From an uncultured delta proteobacterium (GTDB lineage Bacteria; Desulfobacterota; Binatia; UBA9968): 64,000 nucleotides of DNA. Shown here piece by piece: positions 21,879 through 32,416 of this stretch. The notes beneath the pieces are model-generated. The model had not been told where the DNA came from. It saw only the letters and a list, made by a program, of their open reading frames with translations, and made no database searches. The first letter of the stretch is position 1, and each line of letters opens with the position of its first letter. Where the stretch lies: NCBI GenBank assembly GCA_963760795.1, contig CAVXEP010000007.1, positions 64,001-128,000 on the forward strand. Reading direction: 5' to 3'. The position numbers and the translations under genes were made by a program.

Positions 21879-22766
21879 CTACGCTTCGTCTTTGACATTC
21901 AGATCCATGCTGCCGATCTTCTCGATGGTGCCATGCAATTTGTCGCCATCGTGCAATTTGCTGACGCCGGCAGGCGTGCCCGTGGTGATGCAATCGCCCG
22001 AGCGCAGCGTCACGCAGTTGCTGAGAAAGCGAATATGCTCGCGCAGGCCGCAGATCATGTCGCTGGTGTGCGCGATCATCGCTTCTTTGCCGTTCTGCAA
22101 AACTGTAATCGACAAATTCTGTGGTTCGTCGATTTCATCCCGCGTCACGATCCACGGGCCCAATCCGGTAAAGGTATCGAAGCCTTTGCGCATGTTGCGC
22201 GTGTTGTGCATGCCCTTGCCCCAGGGATCACGCTGGCTGATGTCCCAGCACATCATGTAACCGAACACATGGTTGAGCGAATCCGCTTCGCTGACCTTGC
22301 GCGCCGGCTTGCCGATGACCGCGCACAGCTCGCACTCGAAGTCGACCAGTTTGGACATCTTCGGCAAAATCACCGTGTCGCCGGGGCCGATGATCGATGA
22401 AGTGGTCTTGATGAAGAACTCCGCCATCAAGTCGTCTTTGTTGATAATCTGTTTGTTGGCGCTGCCCATGCGATCGACCATCTCGGCGCGGTGCGCGCCA
22501 TAGTTCGCCGCCGCAGCCCACAGCGTGCCGGGGTTTTGGATCGGCGCCAACAGTTTTACCGATTTCAAATCGAGCCCGCCCGAACCATTCGCCGCGTCGC
22601 GGGCGATCTGCATCGCCGCCGGTTTGTTGGCTAGGGCGTCGATGATTTCGAGCATGGTGTAGCCTTGGCGCGCCAGGCCGGCTTTGATCAATGCGTCGCC
22701 GAAGTTAATAACTTTGTCGCCGACAACGACGCCGGCCTGTTTATTGTCGTAATGACAGATTTTCAT
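21879..22766 (-). CDS. Fumarylacetoacetate hydrolase family protein
   Basis: Start MKICHY; VDFECELCAVIGK, DISQRD, KGFDTFTGLGPWIVT, TGTPAGV. Confidence 0.9.
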   Translation of the reverse strand: MKICHYDNKQAGVVVGDKVINFGDALIKAGLARQGYTMLEIIDALANKPAAMQIARDAANGSGGLDLKSVKLLAPIQNPGTLWAAAANYGAHRAEMVDRMGSANKQIINKDDLMAEFFIKTTSSIIGPGDTVILPKMSKLVDFECELCAVIGKPARKVSEADSLNHVFGYMMCWDISQRDPWGKGMHNTRNMRKGFDTFTGLGPWIVTRDEIDEPQNLSITVLQNGKEAMIAHTSDMICGLREHIRFLSNCVTLRSGDCITTGTPAGVSKLHDGDKLHGTIEKIGSMDLNVKDEA

Positions 22767-23006
22767 AGCGAACCTCCGAATTGGTAAGAACGTAAGATTT
22801 CCTCTCATACCTGAAGCACCGGCCAATGTCCAATGAATCGGCAGCGAGAAAGTCAAAGCATGCGCATGCGAATTCAAACTGAGGTCGGCGATTTTTGATT
22901 GACAAGTTTATATGAGCAGAGTTAAGAAAGTTTCTTCGTGAATAGCGAAGTCGGCTGCGCATCTAAACGTAGTGACAATTCATGATACGCTAGGGAGGGC
23001 AAACTC

Positions 23007-23816
23007 ATGGACGTTGGCAAAACAATGCAATCGATTATCGATGTCGGTATCCAAGTTGGTTTCAAGATCGTCGGCGCGATCGTTTTTTATTTAATCGGCC
23101 GGTGGCTGATCAGTTTAGCGATCCGCTTGGTGACCTCGGCTCTGGAAAAACAAAAGGTCGATCCCACCTTGCTGCGTTACATTGGCACGGTGATCTCGGT
23201 CACACTCAATGTCATCTTGGTCGTCGCCATCTTAGGCTACTTCGGGGTCGAGACCACCAGTTTCGCCGCCATCCTCGCCGCCGCCGGCGTCGCCATCGGC
23301 ATGGCCTGGAGCGGCCTGTTGGCCAATTTCGCCGCCGGCGCATTCATGATCGTGCTCCGCCCTTTCAAGGTCGGCGACTTTGTCACCGCCGCCGGTGTCA
23401 CCGGAACGGTCAAGGAAATCGGCCTCTTCGTCACGGCGGTGGTCACACCGGATAACGTGCTGACGATGCTCGGCAATAATAAAATATTCTCCGACACGAT
23501 TCAGAACTTCTCGGCGAACCCGTTTCGCCGCGTCGACCTGAAAGCCCAGCTCGCCCACTCGGTGGACCACAACGAAGCGATCAAACTATTGAAGGAACGG
23601 GTCGGCAAGGTGGCGAATATCAAGACCGACCCGCCGCCGGATGTCGAACTGCTTGAGTTCAACTTCAATGGCCCCGTACTCGCCGTGCGCCCCTACTGTC
23701 ACACCGATAATTACTGGCAAGTTTATTTCGACACCAACAAAGTCATCCGCGAAACCTGCGGCGCCGCCGGTTATCCCGTGCCCGAACAACATTTCGTCGT
23801 GCGCAATCCAACGTAA
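23007..23816 (+). CDS. mscS: Small-conductance mechanosensitive channel
   Basis: Three TM helices, LANFAAG, LRPFKVGDFV, GTVKEIGLF, RRVDL. Confidence 0.9.
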   Translation: MDVGKTMQSIIDVGIQVGFKIVGAIVFYLIGRWLISLAIRLVTSALEKQKVDPTLLRYIGTVISVTLNVILVVAILGYFGVETTSFAAILAAAGVAIGMAWSGLLANFAAGAFMIVLRPFKVGDFVTAAGVTGTVKEIGLFVTAVVTPDNVLTMLGNNKIFSDTIQNFSANPFRRVDLKAQLAHSVDHNEAIKLLKERVGKVANIKTDPPPDVELLEFNFNGPVLAVRPYCHTDNYWQVYFDTNKVIRETCGAAGYPVPEQHFVVRNPT

Positions 23817-23857
23817 CCCGCACGACTCGCCGTCTTTGCCGATAGCCGAAGTCAATC

Positions 23858-23970
23858 TCACCACGAAGGCACGAAGCGCACGAAGTTCGGAGCTGAACCT
23901 ATCCGAAACCTTCGTGTTCTTCGCGTCTTCGTGGTGAACACCCTTTCCCATTTGGCTGCAACTGTGCGGC
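23858..23970. repeat. CACGAAG-family palindromic element with conserved tail
   Basis: TCACCACGAAGGCACGAAGCGCACGAAG ... CTTCGTGTTCTTCGCGTCTTCGTGGTGA followed by CTTTCCCATTTGGCTGC. Confidence 0.9.
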
Positions 23971-24049
23971 GGCGCCGACCGCGCAGTTTGACCTTCCAGC
24001 ACGCCTCGGCGTATGAAGGACACATCATTTTTGAGAAACGAGCCATTCC

Positions 24050-25081
24050 ATGTTGAACCTAAAAGTCGGCGTCACCAAAAATCCTCGCTTCGAGCCGCTC
24101 ATCGACGGCAGCGTCAAATCGGCCAAGGCGACTCTGGATATTCAGGTCACCACACCGCCGGAGCTATTTTTCAGGAATCTCAAGAACGACGAATTCGATG
24201 TTTTCGAAATGTCGCTCTCCGAATTTCTCATCACCCGCGAGCAGGCCAAGGGCGAGCGCTGGCAGTGGGCGGCACTACCGATCTTCCCCGCCAAAGCTTT
24301 TGTCTGGATGACGCTGTTCGTCAACACCGGGGCCGGCATCCAAGCGCTCTGCGATCTCAAAGGTAAACGAGTCGGCATCCCTGACTACGTGATGACCGCG
24401 GGTTTGTGGTTCAGAGTTATTCTAAAGGAACTTTGTAAAATCCAACCGAATGATATCTCCTGGTACATCGGCCGGGTCCAAGAGCTGAGTCATGGCGGCC
24501 TACTCGGCATGGACAGCAGGCCTCCCGCCGGCGTATCTACGACCTGGCTCACCAAGGAGCAGACCTTCGATGTCATGCTCGACAAGGGCGAGATCGACGC
24601 GGCCTACGGCTTCGCGCCACGCCATGACCCCAAGCTGATGACTTTGAATATGGACCGCTACGGCGGCACGCCGTTGGAAGGCAATCCGCGGCTGCGCAAG
24701 ATGTTCGCCGACGGCGGCTTATCCATCGTCGACCAGTTCTACAAGAAAACCGGCATCGTGCCGGCCAACCATGTCATTGTCGCCCAGCGCCGAGTCCTCG
24801 AACAAAATCCTGAACTGCCGCACGAAATTTTGCGCCTGTTTAGCGAAAGCAAACGCATCGCCTACGAGCGCGGCAACTTCGGCAACGCGGCATACCTCTA
24901 TTTCGAACACAGCGATCGCGCCAGCCAAGAACAAATGGTCGGCACCGATCCGTTCCCGTTCGGCATCGCGAAAAATAAGCCAATGCTGGAAACGCTCTTT
25001 CGCAGCTCCCACGAAGAAGGCCTAACCCAACGCCTGGCGAAAATCGAAGAAGTCTTTTTCCCCGGCCTGCTCGACACCTAA
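24050..25081 (+). CDS. 4,5-dihydroxyphthalate decarboxylase-like protein (OphC/Pht5 family)
   Basis: EPLIDGSVK, PPELFFR, EFDVFEMSLS, LPIFP, GKRVGIPDYVMTAGLW, TGIVPANH, DPFPFG; no signal peptide. Confidence 0.8.
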   Translation: MLNLKVGVTKNPRFEPLIDGSVKSAKATLDIQVTTPPELFFRNLKNDEFDVFEMSLSEFLITREQAKGERWQWAALPIFPAKAFVWMTLFVNTGAGIQALCDLKGKRVGIPDYVMTAGLWFRVILKELCKIQPNDISWYIGRVQELSHGGLLGMDSRPPAGVSTTWLTKEQTFDVMLDKGEIDAAYGFAPRHDPKLMTLNMDRYGGTPLEGNPRLRKMFADGGLSIVDQFYKKTGIVPANHVIVAQRRVLEQNPELPHEILRLFSESKRIAYERGNFGNAAYLYFEHSDRASQEQMVGTDPFPFGIAKNKPMLETLFRSSHEEGLTQRLAKIEEVFFPGLLDT

Positions 25082-25145
25082 CGCTCGGGAACTTGGAATC
25101 TGGAATTTGTAATTTGAAATTGCCCACGAGCGAAGCGAGAAATTT

Positions 25146-26243
25146 ATGGCGAACCTATTCGGCACCGTCGACGCCGACGGCCACATGGAAGAAAACCATA
25201 TCGACTGGAAAGCGCGGCTGCCCGAGAAATACAAAAGCAAAGCGCCGGACCGGCGCGACAGCGGCAACGGCCAGTTGAGAACCATCATTGAAGATAAGGC
25301 CTGGCCGCGCCCCAGCGGACTTGGCATCGGCGTCGGCGGCCCGTACAACCGGCCCCACCCGCGCCGGCCCGGCATGACCGATCCGCATGCGCGCCTGGTC
25401 GACATGGATAGCGAGAAGATCGACGTCGCCGTGCTGTTCGGCGCCGGCTTGGCGGGAACCGTCCCAGCGTTAGAGGACGCCGGCCTCGCCGCTGCGCTCG
25501 CCACTGCGCGCAACACTTGGTTGGCCGAGTATTGTGCCGCCGACCCCAGGCGCATCAAAGGCACCGCCGCCCTGGCGCAGCAAGATATCGGCGCCAGCGT
25601 GAGCGAATTGCGCCGCTGCGTAAAAGAACTCGGCATGGTCGGCGCGTCAATTTTTCCTAACGTCAAAGGCCGCCATCTCGGCGATCCCTATTACTTTCCG
25701 CTATACGCCGAAGCGGAAAAATTAAACGTGCCGATCTGCGCGCATATGTTTCTCGGCCGCTACGGCTCCGATGCCACGGGAACAGAACGGGTCGACAAGT
25801 TTTTTTATTCGCACCTGTTCGGCCATCCGTTCGAACAGATGATCGCCTTATCGGTGATCCTCGGCGAAGGCGTCCTTGACCGCTTTCCCAAGTTGCGCTT
25901 CGTGTTTTTAGAATCCGGCTGCGGCTGGCTGCCCTACTGGTTTCACCGCATGGACGAGCATTACGAAGTGCTTGGCGTGCAGACGCCGGATTTGAAATCG
26001 GCGCCGAGCAAGTTGCTGGAACGCGGCCAGCTTTATTTTTCCTTCGAGGCCGATGAAAACGAGCTCGCCCATGTCATCGAAACTTTCGGCGACGAATGGC
26101 TGGTCTTCGCCTCCGACTACAGCCACTTCGACAGCCGCTGGCCCGGCGCCTCGGAACCGATCGTCAATCATCCAACCCTCAGCGCCGCCACCAAACGTAA
26201 GATCTTAAACGACAACGCGCGCAGGTTGTATCCGCTGGACTGA
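25146..26243 (+). CDS. Amidohydrolase_2 family protein (ACMSD-like decarboxylase/hydratase)
   Basis: DADGHMEE, RLVDMDSEKID, GVLDRFPKLRFVFLESGCGW, FASDYSHFD, NARRLY. Confidence 0.9.
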   Translation: MANLFGTVDADGHMEENHIDWKARLPEKYKSKAPDRRDSGNGQLRTIIEDKAWPRPSGLGIGVGGPYNRPHPRRPGMTDPHARLVDMDSEKIDVAVLFGAGLAGTVPALEDAGLAAALATARNTWLAEYCAADPRRIKGTAALAQQDIGASVSELRRCVKELGMVGASIFPNVKGRHLGDPYYFPLYAEAEKLNVPICAHMFLGRYGSDATGTERVDKFFYSHLFGHPFEQMIALSVILGEGVLDRFPKLRFVFLESGCGWLPYWFHRMDEHYEVLGVQTPDLKSAPSKLLERGQLYFSFEADENELAHVIETFGDEWLVFASDYSHFDSRWPGASEPIVNHPTLSAATKRKILNDNARRLYPLD

Positions 26244-26255
26244 AGCGAGGGAATA

Positions 26256-27179
26256 ATGCTGCTCAGGCTTTTGCTTTTATCCGTCCTATGGGCCGGAACT
26301 CTTGCCCACGCCGAAAACATCAAGATCGGCCTGCCGTCGGTGACCATCACCGCCATGCCGTTCTTCGTCGCCAAGGAGCATGGTTTCTTCCAACAGGAAG
26401 GCCTCAACGCCGAGATGGTCGTCATGCCGGCATCGCTCAACATCAAAGTGCTGCTCGCCGGCGACATTCAATACGCCGCCACCATGGGTTCCGCAGTCGC
26501 CGCCGCCATCCGCGGCATCAACGTGCGCATCGTCATGCTGTTCGTCGACCGGCCGCTGCAGGATCTGGTCGGCGCGGCTAACATCAGCACGATCTCCGAG
26601 TTAAAAGGCAAAGTAGTTGCAATCTCTTCCCGCGGCGGCTTGCAGGACATCATCATGCGGCGCATCCTCAGCCAGTCGAAAATCGATCCCAGCCAGGTCA
26701 ACGTCATCACCATACCGGGACAAACCGCGATGATTTCGGCGCTCAAGACCGGCCGCATCGGCGCGGCCATGCTCAATCCGCCGTTTAATTTTCTCGCCTA
26801 TCGCGAAGGACTCACTAACTTGGGCTTCTCAGGCAACTTCGTGCGCCTGCCGAGCACCGGGGTGGCGACTTTGGGCGAGACATTAGAACGATCACCGGAT
26901 CAAGTCCGCCGCCTGACCCGCGCGCTGGCACGCGCCAGAGCGTTTGCCAAAGAGAACAAGGCGAAAATCTTCCCGACGCTCAAACGCGCAATGCGCATCG
27001 AAGACGAAGACCTGCTGTCGAAGATCTACGAGCAACATAAACAAGTCGAAACCGCCGACGGCCGAGTCGACGCCCAGCTCATCGCCGACACCATCCGCGA
27101 CGCCCGCCAGACGGAAAATATCACCAAAGAGATACCGGCCAACCAGGTTTTCGATTTTTCCTACCTGCCGGCGCGTTAG
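26256..27179 (+). CDS. NitT/TauT (SsuA-like) ABC SBP
   Basis: Signal peptide, VAKEHGFFQQEGL, ELKGKVVAIS, ALKTGRIGAA. Confidence 0.88.
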   Translation: MLLRLLLLSVLWAGTLAHAENIKIGLPSVTITAMPFFVAKEHGFFQQEGLNAEMVVMPASLNIKVLLAGDIQYAATMGSAVAAAIRGINVRIVMLFVDRPLQDLVGAANISTISELKGKVVAISSRGGLQDIIMRRILSQSKIDPSQVNVITIPGQTAMISALKTGRIGAAMLNPPFNFLAYREGLTNLGFSGNFVRLPSTGVATLGETLERSPDQVRRLTRALARARAFAKENKAKIFPTLKRAMRIEDEDLLSKIYEQHKQVETADGRVDAQLIADTIRDARQTENITKEIPANQVFDFSYLPAR

Positions 27180-27197
27180 CGGATCGTCCAAACGCAA

Positions 27198-27267
27198 AGG
27201 GGCGCAGCATGCTGCGCCCCGACAAATCCGATGTCCTATTTTGCGAACTTTGCGTTCTCTGCGGCTA
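27198..27267. repeat. REP-like palindrome plus CTTTGCG arm between convergent genes
   Basis: Perfect palindrome GGGGCGCAGCATGCTGCGCCCC, then TTTGCGAACTTTGCGTTCTCTGCGGC. Confidence 0.75.
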
Positions 27268-27278
27268 ATCTCTCTTCT

Positions 27279-28220
27279 TTACAGTTTCGCCAGATCGCTG
27301 ATCTTGCCGCGCCGTCCCGCGTGGTGGAAATTCGGCCACTCTTCGACCTGGGCGTCGTGGTAATTCTCACGGTACCATTTGACGATCTCGCCGGCGGTGG
27401 CGAACCAGACTTTCTTGTGTTTTTTGGCGTAGCGGATGAACTCACGCAACAGTAAGGCGCGGAACGGCCGGCCGCCGACAAACGGATGATTGCCCCACAT
27501 CATAAACTTCGGATCGGTGGCGCCCTCTTCGTAGAGGCAATCGAAGCAATCCTTCCACATCTGCAATAAATCGCGCGGCGTGCGGCCGGCGCGCTGGTAG
27601 CTCGAATAGTCATTTAGATCTTGGAAGTAGGCCAGCACCGTCAGCTCCTTATTCTTGACCTTGAGCGTGTACGGGGTTTCCTCATGCTGCGGGTCCATCC
27701 AATAATTGTAGCCGCACTCCAGGATCACTTCCGGCGTCGAAGCGCTCGGCGCCACGCCGGTGGACAGATAGCCAACCGGCGCCTTGCCGACGACCTTTTT
27801 TACCGCGGCGACGGTGTTTTGCAGATCCTTCTTTTCCTTGGCCCGCTGCTTCATGTAACTGTAGTCATGGGTCCAGGTCTCGGTGCCGATCTCATGGCCA
27901 TATTCGGCGGCTTCTTTGAAGATCTCCGGATAATTCTGCACCGTGATGCCGGTGGGGAAAAAAGTCGTGCGGATCTTTTCCTGCTCGAAAATATTCAGCA
28001 TCCGGTAAATGCCGACGCGCTCGCCAAATTCGCGATCGGTGATGATCGCCAGGTTTCTTTTGGTGACGGCGTTGCGCGGGAAACTGCGCCGGTTCTCCTG
28101 CTGCAACGTGTCCGGCCCGCCCAAATCTTCCGGCCAGGTTTCAAAGGCAACGCACGGCGTGATCGCAATGCGCGCGCCGTTGGGCCATTTGATCGGCTTG
28201 CGCTTGGGTTTAACTTTCAT
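27279..28220 (-). CDS. Polysaccharide deacetylase family protein (PuuE allantoinase-like)
   Basis: KWPNGARIA, FGERVGIYR, GHEIG, FDCLYEEG, HPFVGGRPFR, VWFATAGEI. Confidence 0.85.
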   Translation of the reverse strand: MKVKPKRKPIKWPNGARIAITPCVAFETWPEDLGGPDTLQQENRRSFPRNAVTKRNLAIITDREFGERVGIYRMLNIFEQEKIRTTFFPTGITVQNYPEIFKEAAEYGHEIGTETWTHDYSYMKQRAKEKKDLQNTVAAVKKVVGKAPVGYLSTGVAPSASTPEVILECGYNYWMDPQHEETPYTLKVKNKELTVLAYFQDLNDYSSYQRAGRTPRDLLQMWKDCFDCLYEEGATDPKFMMWGNHPFVGGRPFRALLLREFIRYAKKHKKVWFATAGEIVKWYRENYHDAQVEEWPNFHHAGRRGKISDLAKL

Positions 28221-28300
28221 ACTGCCTCCCTAGAACTTGAAAAAATTTTTCTACTCATGCCACAGTTCGGACCCATTGCCAACCGAGGCCGGATAAAGCA

Positions 28301-28425
28301 AGGGCGGGTTGCAAACCCGCCCCTACGATTCGGATATCTATTTTGCGTTTTTTGCGTTCTATGCGGCCGGTCGTCCGACTCCGAGTCTTTTTACTTTGTC
28401 ATCCATGTGCTCTTTGTGGTGCATC
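28301..28425. repeat. GTAG-type REP followed by degenerate TTTGCG and CTTTGTG arms
   Basis: Minus strand GTAGGGGCGGGTTTGCAACCCGCCCT (28301-28326); related hairpin CAGAGGGCGGGGTTAAAACCCGCCCTCTG at 30760-30788. Confidence 0.75.
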
Positions 28426-28445
28426 TCCTAAATCCGAATCTTCTC

Positions 28446-29480
28446 CTACTTGAACTGCGGCATGACCTTGTCAGCGAACAAGCGGATGCTCTTGAGCGCC
28501 ATCTCCTGCGGCATGCCGCCGAAGTGAAACGTCCCGGAGATCGTCGTTAGATCGTTGGGCTCGGCCCATTTGCGAATCGTGTCCGCCACCCGTTGCGGAT
28601 CGCCGGCCAGGACAAACCCCTCGGCGATCTGCGTCTTGGCGTCGCGCTGGATCAGTAGGCCAACTTCTTTGCGGTCGGTATCCGCGGCCTGATGCACCAC
28701 GAGATAATTGTCCAGATACGGCGCCGCCTCTTCGATGGCTTTGTCCAGACTGCTCGACACGTAGATGTGAAACTTTCCCAGGATATCCATTTTGCCGGCG
28801 TCGTGCCCGGCTTTAGCTAAATTGTCGCGATAGATTTTTATAAACGCCGGCAACGCTCCCGGATCACGATAGAGATACGGCAGCGTCATCAAGTGAAAAC
28901 CGTTTTCTCCGGCCCAGCGAAAGGAATCCTCGGTGCGCGCGCAACCGACCCAAAAGCGCGGATGCGGCCGCTGCACCGGTTTGGGATACACCGGGACGTT
29001 TTCATAATTGAAAAACTCGCCCTTGAAATTCACCGGCATGTCCGACCACGCTTGCAGCATGACCTCGACGCCTTCATACATGCGCCCGGCCGCTTCCTTC
29101 TGATCGACGCGGTATTTCTTATACTCGTGCGCCTCGCTGCCCTTGCCGACACCGAAATCCAACCGTCCGTTGGAGATCACATCGACCATCGCATAGGACT
29201 CGGCCAGGTCGATGGGGTTATGCAGCGGCAATACGCCAATCGCCACACCGAGGCGAATTTGTTTGGTCGTGCGCGCGATCGCCGACATGAACGTCGGCGG
29301 ATGCGGCAGATCGCCGCCGTAGTGGGCGAAGTGATGCTCCGTGACCCAAATATGATCGTAACCAAGCCGGTCCATCTCCTCCATTTGGCCGAACATCTTC
29401 TGGTAAAAATCGGACACCGAGCCGTCGAGATCCGGCACATAGGTCGGCAGATAATGCGATCCAAACTTGGTCACGCCCAT
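28446..29480 (-). CDS. LLM-class flavin-dependent oxidoreductase
   Basis: WVTEHHF, IRLGVAIGVLPLHNP, DVISNGRLDFGVGKG, PKPVQRPHP, SIRLFADKVMP. Confidence 0.92.
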   Translation of the reverse strand: MGVTKFGSHYLPTYVPDLDGSVSDFYQKMFGQMEEMDRLGYDHIWVTEHHFAHYGGDLPHPPTFMSAIARTTKQIRLGVAIGVLPLHNPIDLAESYAMVDVISNGRLDFGVGKGSEAHEYKKYRVDQKEAAGRMYEGVEVMLQAWSDMPVNFKGEFFNYENVPVYPKPVQRPHPRFWVGCARTEDSFRWAGENGFHLMTLPYLYRDPGALPAFIKIYRDNLAKAGHDAGKMDILGKFHIYVSSSLDKAIEEAAPYLDNYLVVHQAADTDRKEVGLLIQRDAKTQIAEGFVLAGDPQRVADTIRKWAEPNDLTTISGTFHFGGMPQEMALKSIRLFADKVMPQFK

Positions 29481-29666
29481 GGTTTGATAAACCTCCAAGG
29501 AATTTCCCTCAACATATAAGTGGCTCGCGGACAAGAAGTCAACGGACCGAGCCTAACTCGAACACTCAACAATCGTAATGACGCCAGGTGGTTTGCGCGC
29601 CGATTTACATCACGATGCCATTCGCATAGGACAGATAGTCAGCGCTTGATTGAAGGAGGAAAGATC

Positions 29667-30641
29667 ATGATTCACACGCGCATTTGCGATCTGCTCGGCA
29701 TCGACCATCCCATCGTGCTCGGCGGCATGGGCAGCGCCACCACCGCAACCCTGGTCGCCGCGGTGTCCAACGCCGGCGGCTTCGGCACCCTCGGCACCTC
29801 GGCGTTCAACGCGGCAACGCTGGAGAACGAGATCGCCGCCATTCATGAGCGCACCGACAAACCCTTCGGCATCAATCACCTCTTGTTTCAAATCCAGGAA
29901 GACATGTTCGCGGTGACGCTGCGCGCCCGCCCGGCGGTCGCCGCCTTCGCCTGGGCGCGAAAAGATCAAAGCCTCCACGATTATTTTCAGCGCGCCCATG
30001 ACGCTGGTTGCAAAGTGATGCATATGGCCGGGGAAGTTACCGAAGCGCTGCGCGCTGCCGAAGCCGGCGTCGATGTCCTGGTCGCGCAAGGCACCGAAGC
30101 CGGCGGTCATGTTGGTTGGATGGCGTCGTTGCCGCTGTTGCCGATGATGGTCAAAGCGGTGGCGCCGCTGCCGGTGCTTTGTGCCGGCGGCATCGCCGAT
30201 GGCCGTGGTCTCGCCGCTGCCCTCGCTCTCGGCGCCGACGGCGTGCTGCTCGGCACCCGTTTCATGGCCACACCCGAAGCGCCGATCCATGCAAACTACA
30301 AACAAGCCATCGTCAAAAGCGACGGCCACGACACGGTACTCAGCGAAATCCCCGATCTCGCGAGCCAGCGCGTCTGGCCCGGCGCCATGTCGCGCGCCCA
30401 GCGCAATCGGTTCATCGAACGCTGGGCTGGCCGTGAGTGGGCGATCCGCCAGAACGCCGCGGAGGTCGGCAAACAAGTCGCCGCCGCCCGCGCCGCCGGC
30501 GATGTCGACAACGCACCGTTATCCTTCGGCCAAGACGCCGGCTTGATCGACTCGATCAAAAGCGTCAACGACGTAGTCCAGGATATCGTCGCCGAAGCAG
30601 AAGAAATTCTGCGCGTCCGGCTGCCCGGTCTGCTGCGCTAG
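29667..30641 (+). CDS. Nitronate monooxygenase / FabK-like flavoprotein
   Basis: MIHTRICDLLGIDHPIVLGGM, QGTEAGGH, AGGIADGRG, LLGTRF, GQDAGLI; GGAGGA RBS. Confidence 0.9.
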   Translation: MIHTRICDLLGIDHPIVLGGMGSATTATLVAAVSNAGGFGTLGTSAFNAATLENEIAAIHERTDKPFGINHLLFQIQEDMFAVTLRARPAVAAFAWARKDQSLHDYFQRAHDAGCKVMHMAGEVTEALRAAEAGVDVLVAQGTEAGGHVGWMASLPLLPMMVKAVAPLPVLCAGGIADGRGLAAALALGADGVLLGTRFMATPEAPIHANYKQAIVKSDGHDTVLSEIPDLASQRVWPGAMSRAQRNRFIERWAGREWAIRQNAAEVGKQVAAARAAGDVDNAPLSFGQDAGLIDSIKSVNDVVQDIVAEAEEILRVRLPGLLR

Positions 30642-31077
30642 CGAGGGGGTGACAAATTCGATTAGCGATTGCGAGTTCGCCAAGCAGGAACGCGATTGGT
30701 CGCACTCTCGGACCGAAGACAGGATCAATTAACCGCAGAGCACGCAAAAAATTGGAATACAGAGGGCGGGGTTAAAACCCGCCCTCTGGGAGGTGGCGCA
30801 TCGAAAGATTTGCCCAAGCGGCGTAAACTTTCCACAACAGTAGAACGATCTTTCCCTCCCCGCTGCAACTTCACACCATCGAGCTCGTTGCGGCTCATTA
30901 CTCCAGGATCGATCCCACGACCTTCCGCGTCCGAATCCTTCCCAATCTTTCCAAAAAATCCATCCCAGCGGCGATAATTACAACTGCCTGCAATGAATCG
31001 CTTGAGGCAGTGAAAAACTCTCGTACCGAGCCGCCGCCAGCATGTTAAACTTGACATTGTTTCACGCTGGTAAATCT

Positions 31078-32196
31078 ATGAAGCGCTGGCCAATAATCGT
31101 CCTCGCCGTGATCACGACCATCGCCGTCGCCGTCGGTGTCGCCTACCACATCGGAGCAAAGTTACTCCAGGAAAAAATCGTCGAAGCCCTGGGTCCCCGC
31201 AGCCGCGTCGCCGCGCTCAAGGTCAATTGGTTCACCGTCGAGCTTTTGGGTCTCAGGATCGACGCCCCCAAAGGTTGGCCGGCGGTGCGCACGTTGGAGG
31301 CCGAGCGGGTGACCATCGTTCCCGACCTGCGCAGTCTCTTGTCCGATAAAATCCGCATATCCTCCATCGTCGTCCAGCGGCCTTATCTCTCCATGCTGCG
31401 CATCCCAGGGAAACTCCGCATGGTTCCCAGTCTGACCGAAGACAATACACCCTCGCAGCCGGGACCGGACAACCGCCGTGCGGTGACGATCTCGACCATC
31501 GAGCTTAAGGACGGCAGCCTGGAGCTTTTTGACGCCACGGTGAGCCGACCGCCGCTGAAAATCACCATGGAACGGATCGACGCGACGATTCGTGACGTAG
31601 CCGCACCCGCTGCTGAGAAAACCCGCTTCGAGCTCACTGGGACCATCAAAGGAATCATCCGCGACGGGCGGGCCAGACTCAGCGGCTGGGTCGGTCCGAG
31701 CGCGCGGAACTCGTCATCGCGCATCGCACTCGCCGGGGTCGACATGATTGCGATCCAACCCTATCTGGTCAAAAAGCACGAGGCGCGGATTGTCAGAGGA
31801 TCTCTCGATCTGCGTCTCGACTCCGAAGTGCGCAACAATCAACTCGACGGCAAGGGCAAGATCATCATCAAAGACCTGGAACTTGCCCGGTCCCAGGGCT
31901 TCTTCGACACCTTCATGGGGCTGCCGCGCACCGCCGTTATCGGCTTTCTCAAAGACCATAACAACGCCATCGATGTCGCCTTCACTGTCCAGGGCGACAC
32001 CAGCAATCCCAACTTCTCGCTCAACGAGAACCTACCCACACGCATCGCCGCATCCATGGCCGGCACCCTCGGCGTCAGCATCATAAATGTCGCCGAAGGA
32101 CTCGGCAGCCTCGGCCGCAAGGGAGTGGAGGGCGCCGGCAGCGTGGTCGAAGGCGTCGGCTCGGCGATTAATAGCCTTTTCGGCGGCAAGCGATAG
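31078..32196 (+). CDS. DUF748/AsmA-like membrane-anchored beta-rich protein
   Basis: N-terminal TM helix, PDLRSLL, IELKDGSLELFDATV, LKDHNNAIDVAFTVQGDTSNPNFS. Confidence 0.7.
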   Translation: MKRWPIIVLAVITTIAVAVGVAYHIGAKLLQEKIVEALGPRSRVAALKVNWFTVELLGLRIDAPKGWPAVRTLEAERVTIVPDLRSLLSDKIRISSIVVQRPYLSMLRIPGKLRMVPSLTEDNTPSQPGPDNRRAVTISTIELKDGSLELFDATVSRPPLKITMERIDATIRDVAAPAAEKTRFELTGTIKGIIRDGRARLSGWVGPSARNSSSRIALAGVDMIAIQPYLVKKHEARIVRGSLDLRLDSEVRNNQLDGKGKIIIKDLELARSQGFFDTFMGLPRTAVIGFLKDHNNAIDVAFTVQGDTSNPNFSLNENLPTRIAASMAGTLGVSIINVAEGLGSLGRKGVEGAGSVVEGVGSAINSLFGGKR

Positions 32197-32211
32197 CCGG
32201 TTTCAGAGTTG

Positions 32212-32395
32212 GCCGCACAGAACGCAAAATCGCAAGAATAAATCGGATATTCCAAAACAGTGTTGAAACCCACCCTCTTGATTCTGGCATGACGACAATA
32301 GTTGTGCGATTGCCGCAGAATTTGTCGCCACACAACGCTACCCAAGAATTTCGCGCCATGATTTATTTTGCGCCCCTCTGCGTTCTCTGCGGCTA
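32212..32395. repeat. CGCAGAG/CGCAAAG-family inverted element
   Basis: GCCGCACAGAACGCAAAATCGCAAG ... TTTTGCGCCCCTCTGCGTTCTCTGCGGC between convergent genes. Confidence 0.7.
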
Positions 32396-32416
32396 GTTCT
32401 CCGTATCCTGAGCAAC